DNA of 64,000 bases from contig JBEUKZ010000062.1 in assembly GCA_048128005.1 (NCBI GenBank), positions 186,001 through 250,000 of the forward strand, read 5' to 3'. Shown here in pieces: positions 58,488-64,000 of the stretch. This DNA comes from Veleropilina oligotropha. Its lineage: Eukaryota. Every line of letters begins with the position of its first letter. Position 1 is the first letter of the stretch. The notes under the pieces were generated by a model. That model had not been told where the DNA came from, made no database searches, and saw only the letters and a list, made by a program, of their open reading frames with translations. Position numbers and translations under genes: made by a program.

Positions 58488-61400
58488 CGGACGATTTTGT
58501 AACGGCCGTAGCTCAATAACCGCTATAGCTGCTTAATTGTTAGTCATCATCTATGATCATACCATACTGAAGTTGTGTGGCGCAGTTTATCAGATAGGTG
58601 GCGCTAGTAGTCTGGCGGCCATCTTGAATTACGTCATAATATCAAACCCTGGAATAACTTTGTTAATAATGAACCCGGAGCTGCATGATTTACATATTTA
58701 TATACCAGCACTTATTGTCTAGAGTGATATAGAGCGGATTTTTTAATTTCGACTTTAGCCGGCGGCAATTTTGAATTAAAATTTTACAAATTGAAATAAT
58801 TTAAAAAAAAAGTTAAATAATGGAATTAGAGACATGGGTACTATAGGGAGCCTATGGGAAGTCATGGGTGGGTATTCCAAATCCACCTTGACCTTTGACC
58901 TCAGATGACCTACATTGCTCTAAATGACCTAATTGAGGAAAAATCTTAGTTTGCCTATTTGGACCATAGAAAATGGTCATAAAAGGGGCTAACTAGGTTA
59001 AAACTGATCCTAGAGCTTAGATATTTAAAAATAGGTCAAAAAAAATTTTGATTAAAAAAACAAAATGGCCGCCAAAATAATTTTTAAAATGGCCATATCT
59101 CGAGAACTACTGGGCGTAGACTGATCCTACAGCTTAGATATTTTAAATTAGGTCCAAAAAAAATTTCGATCAAAAAAAACAAAATGGCCGCCAAAATAAT
59201 TTTTAAAATGGCCATATCTCGAGAACTACTGGGCGTAGACTGATCCTACAGCTTAGATATTTTAAATTAGGTCCAAAAAAAATTTAGATCAAAAAAAACA
59301 AAATGGCCGCCAAAATAATTTTTAAAATGGCCATATCTCGAGAACTACTGGGCGTAGAATTATGAAACTACAGGCCATTCGATTCAGAGTGGCCATATGC
59401 ATATTATAAAATGAAAAAATATTTCATTAATTTTTTTTTTAAATGGTGCATCATAGACACATAGTTACAGTATGAAGCCTATGGGAATCATGGGTGAACT
59501 TTCAAATTTCATCGCGACTTTGACCTCATGTGACCTATGCTGCTATAATTGACATATTAAGGAAAGAACGCATATATGTGCCGATAGTGGGTAGACTTAC
59601 TGCTGACACTTATTGACTAAATGAGCAGAAAATGTGTGTTGTGTTCAACTAATTAATGCGATAACATGGCTCTAACTTGAAGCCCTGCACAGCTGCTAGC
59701 AGCTTTAATTATTAGGGCTTCAAGCCTTTTCAAGCTTGAAGCCCTATTGAAATTGAAAGAATTATTATTAGGGCTTCAAGCCTTTTCAAGCTTGAAGCCC
59801 TATTGAAATTGAAAGAATTATTATTATTATTCTGACGTATTTTGTAAACACTTTAGCGCAAAAACGGCTATAGCTGCATAGTTGTAAGTTGCCATATAGT
59901 TAGTACTATAGCTGAATTGATGCATACAACTTTTTGAGTCACATGACCGCGCCGGTTTGTCGGCCATCTTGGATTACGTCATAAACTAGCTTCTTGTATA
60001 ACTTTGTTAATATTTAACCTAGCGGGACATGATTAGTATATTCGGATGCCAGAGTCGCTTGTCAAAAATGTCATGAGAGTAGATTTTTGAATTTTTAATT
60101 TAACCGGCGGCCATAGTGAAATCAATTTAAAATGGCTATAGCTTGGAAATGATGCAACGTAGACCCATGGTTACTATGGGGAGCCTATGGGAAGTCATGG
60201 GTGGGCTTTCGAAAATGACCTTGACCTTTGACCTCAGGTGACCTACATTGCAGGAAATGACCTAATTAAGGAAAAATGCATACATGTGTGCCCATAGTGG
60301 TTGAAGTGAACTACTATTGATGTCTGTAGTTGACATTTATCAAATTTACGTGATAAAATCGAAAAACAGGAAGTGCCTCGGCGGCCATTAAAGCATTTGT
60401 TTCAAGTGGCAATATATCAAAAAGGATGCTCCGCAGACACATAGTTACTATGGGGAGCCTATGGGAAGTCATGGTTCATCGTTCACATGTGACCTTGACC
60501 TTTGACCTCAGTTGACCTACATTGCAGTATATGACCTAATTAAGGAAAACGCCCTATTTTTTCCAGAAAATGGTCACGAAATGGCCAACTCGGTTAATAT
60601 TGATGCTAGAGCTTAGATATTTTGAATGGAAATAATAAAAAAATTCGATCTAAAAACTTGCAATTTTTTTTTAAAAATTTGAAAAAAATTTGAAAAAATC
60701 CTAAAATTTTTAGAATATCCAGGAATATAACTTGGAGCCCTATACAGCTGCTAGCAGCTTTTATTAGACTTAGTTTTTTTAGATGAATATTGCTTCATAG
60801 CGCCTCTAAAAATCGTCCTTTTTCTTCCAGATTTTCGCATAAAATATACTATATAAAGATCGTTATATTAGAGAATTGTGACAAGAATACAATAAGTACT
60901 TTCATTGTTTAAAAAATACTATTTTAATTCCTCGTCTCATGTCGGCGCGACCAGCTCAGTGCTAATTGCCTTACCAGATGAAGTAGGCAGTTTATGAGCC
61001 TGCCTCTTTGAGGTGTCATAAAGCCGCGCAGCAACCCTGTCCAGTGGACAGCAAGGCCCTTCAGAAGTTCTGCTATCAGGCTTAAGTAAACATTTAGCCA
61101 ACAGAAGGCTACATGATTCATTAACTGTTAATATATGGTGAAAACATTGATATTCTGTTGGTCAGTCCAGTTGCGCATTCATTATTATAGATACTTCTTA
61201 ATTTCCATCATAGGTTAATGCACAAGATAATAGATTTAAAAACTACTATACGGCGTAGAAATCTAAGATTGGCGGCATTCGATTCAGAGTGGCCATATGT
61301 ATATCTTAAAATATATAAAAAAAAAATTTACATTTAGTATTTTTTGTAATTTTTTTTTTTTAAATTAAACTTTTTTATTTTTTTGTATTTTACGTCTTTT

Positions 61401-61499
61401 TTTTATTTCGTTTATCTGATTGAAGCCCTCACAGCTGCTCGCAGCTTTAATTAGGGCTTCAAGCCTTTTCAAGCTTGAAGCCCTATTGAAATTGAAAGA

Positions 61500-61530
<31 letters not shown>

Positions 61531-62481
61531 TGACGTTTTTTGTAAACACTTTAGCGCAAAAACGGCTATAGCTGCATAGTTGTAAGTTGCCATATAGTTA
61601 GTACTATAGCTGAATTGATGCATACAACTTTTTGAGTCACATGACCGCGCCGGTTTGTCGGCCATCTTGGATTACGTCATAAACTAGCTTCTTTTATAAC
61701 TTTGTTAATATTTAACCTAGCGGGACATGATTAGTATATTCGGATGCCAGAGTCGCTTGTCAAAAATGTCATGAGAGTGGATTTTTGAATTTTTAATTTA
61801 ACCGGCGGCCATAGTGAAATCAATTTAAAATGGCTATAGCTTGGAAATGATGCAACGTAGACCCATGGTTACTATGGGGAGCCTATGGGAAGTCATGGGT
61901 GGGCTTTCGAAAATGACCTTGACCTTTGACCTCAGGTGACCTACATTGCAGGAAATGACCTAATTAAGGAAAAATGCATACATGTGTGCCCATAGTGGTT
62001 CAAGAGAACTACTATTGATGTCTGTAGTCGACATTTATCAAATTTACGTGATAAAATCGAAAAACAGGAAGTGCCTCGCCGGCCATTAAAGCATTTGTTT
62101 CAAGTGGCAATATATCAAAAAGGATGCACCGCAGACACATAGTTACTATGGGGAGCCTATGGGAAGTCATGGTTCATCTTGCACATGTGACCTTGACCTT
62201 TGACCTCAGTTGACCTACATTGCAGTAAATGACATAATTAAGGGAAACGCCCTATTTTTGCCAGAAAATGGTCACGAAATGGCCAACTCGGTTAATATTG
62301 ATGCTAGAGCTTAGATATTTTGAATGGAAAAAAAAAAAAATCGAAAAACTTTCAATTTTAAAAAAAAAATTTAAATAAAATTTAAAAAAATTCTAAAAAA
62401 TTTAGGTGTGTTTTGTGTTCAACTAATTAATGAGATAACATGGCTCTAACTTGAAGCCCTGCACAGCTGCTAGCAGCTTTA

Positions 62482-62512
<31 letters not shown>

Positions 62513-64000
62513 TGACGTTTTTTGTAAACACTTTAGCGCAAAAACGGCTATAGCTGCATAGTTGTAAGTTGCCATATAGTTAGTACTATAGCTGAATTGA
62601 TGCATACAACTTTTTGAGTCACATGACCGCGCCGGTTTGTCGGCCATCTTGGATTACGTCATAAACTAGCTTCTTTTATAACTTTGTTAATATTTAACCT
62701 AGCGGGACATGATTAGTATATTCGGATGCCAGAGTCGCTTGTCAAAAATGTCATGAGAGTGGATTTTTGAATTTTTAATTTAACCGGCGGCCATAGTGAA
62801 ATCAATTTAAAATGGCTATAGCTTGGAAATGATGCAACGTAGACCCATGGTTACTATGGGGAGCCTATGGGAAGTCATGGGTGGGCTTTCGAAAATGACC
62901 TTGACCTTTGACCTCAGGTGACCTACATTGCAGGAAATGACCTAATTAAGGAAAAATGCATACATGTGTGCCCATAGTGGTTGAAGTGAACTACTATTGA
63001 TGTCTGTAGTTGACATTTATCAAATTTACGTGATAAAATCGAAAAACAGGAAGTGCCTCGGCGGCCATTAAAGCATTTGTTTCAAGTGGCAATATATCAA
63101 AAAGGATGCTCCGCAGACACATAGTTACTATGGGGAGCCTATGGGAAGTCATGGTTCATCGTTCACATGTGACCTTGACCTTTGACCTCAGTTGACCTAC
63201 ATTGCAGTATATGACCTAATTAAGGAAAACGCCCTATTTTTTCCAGAAAATGGTCACGAAATGGCCAACTCGGTTAATATTGATGCTAGAGCTTAGATAT
63301 TTTGAATGGAAATAATAAAAAAATTCGATCTAAAAACTTTCAATTTTTTTTTAAAAATTTTAAAAAAAATTGAAAAAATCCTAAAATTTTTAGAATATCC
63401 AGGAATATAACTTGGAGCCCTATACAGCTGCTAGCAGCTTTTATTAGACTTAGTTTTTTTAGATGAATATTGCTTCATAGCGCCTCTAAAAATCGTCCTT
63501 TTTCTTCCAGATTTTCGCATAAAATATACTATATAAAGATCATTATATTAGAGAATTGTGACAAGAATACAATAAGTACTTTCATTGTTTAAAAAATACT
63601 ATTTTAATTCCTCGTCTCATGTCGGCGCGACCAGCTCAGTGCTAATTGCCTTACCAGATGAAGTAGGCAGTTTATGAGCCTGCCTCTTTGAGGTGTCATA
63701 AAGCCGTGCAGCAACCCTGTCCAGTGGACAGCAAGGCCCTTCAGAAGTTCTGCTATCAGGCTTAAGTAAACATTTAGCCAACAGAAGGCTACATGATTCA
63801 TTAACTGTTAATATATGGTGAAAACATTGATATTCTGTTGGTCAGTCCAGTTGCGCATTCATTATTATAGATACTTCTTAATTTCCATCATAGGTTAATG
63901 CACAAGATAATAGATTTAAAAACTACTATACGGCGTAGAAATCTAAGATTGGCGGCATTCGATTCAGAGTGGCCATATGTATATCTTAAAATATAAAAAA
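58228..64000 (+). mobile_element. Tandem/nested array of Helentron(HINE)-like non-autonomous elements
   Basis: Units start TTAGGGCTTCAAG and end CTTGAAGCCCT..CAGCTGCTAGCAGCTTT (ends at ~59706, 60762, 61448, 62481, 63442). They contain (ATT)n tracts. 59820-61320 is duplicated at ~62500-64000, and there is a ~120-bp x3 repeat at ~59010-59360. Confidence 0.6.

Overview
AT-rich, repeat-dense animal genomic DNA, probably from an invertebrate (spliceosomal introns, LINE/SINE/MITE debris). The main feature is a complete 15.3-kb endogenous Polinton/Tlr1-like virus at 7630-22913. It has ~78-bp TIRs that end in G/C homopolymers and a 4-bp ATTG target-site duplication, and it sits inside an old L2-like LINE whose two halves rejoin. 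It encodes an rve integrase, a putative major capsid protein, a putative penton, an A32/FtsK packaging ATPase and several membrane proteins. Instead of a canonical protein-primed PolB it has one disrupted ~1340-codon gene that fuses an N-terminal HeH motif, a degenerate pPolB, an SF1 helicase and a C-terminal HNH-like Zn domain. No adenain-type protease was recognised. Two further relics of the same family lie nearby: a capsid fragment at ~1195-2053 and a terminus at 57285. The rest of the window holds four phase-1/phase-1 fibronectin-III-like exons of a host gene that is growing by tandem duplication, a decayed Academ-type transposon whose coding sequence gave rise to 47-bp and ~80-bp minisatellites, and various LINE, SINE, MITE and Helentron-like non-autonomous repeats. 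All family assignments come from motif recognition by eye; no database search was run.
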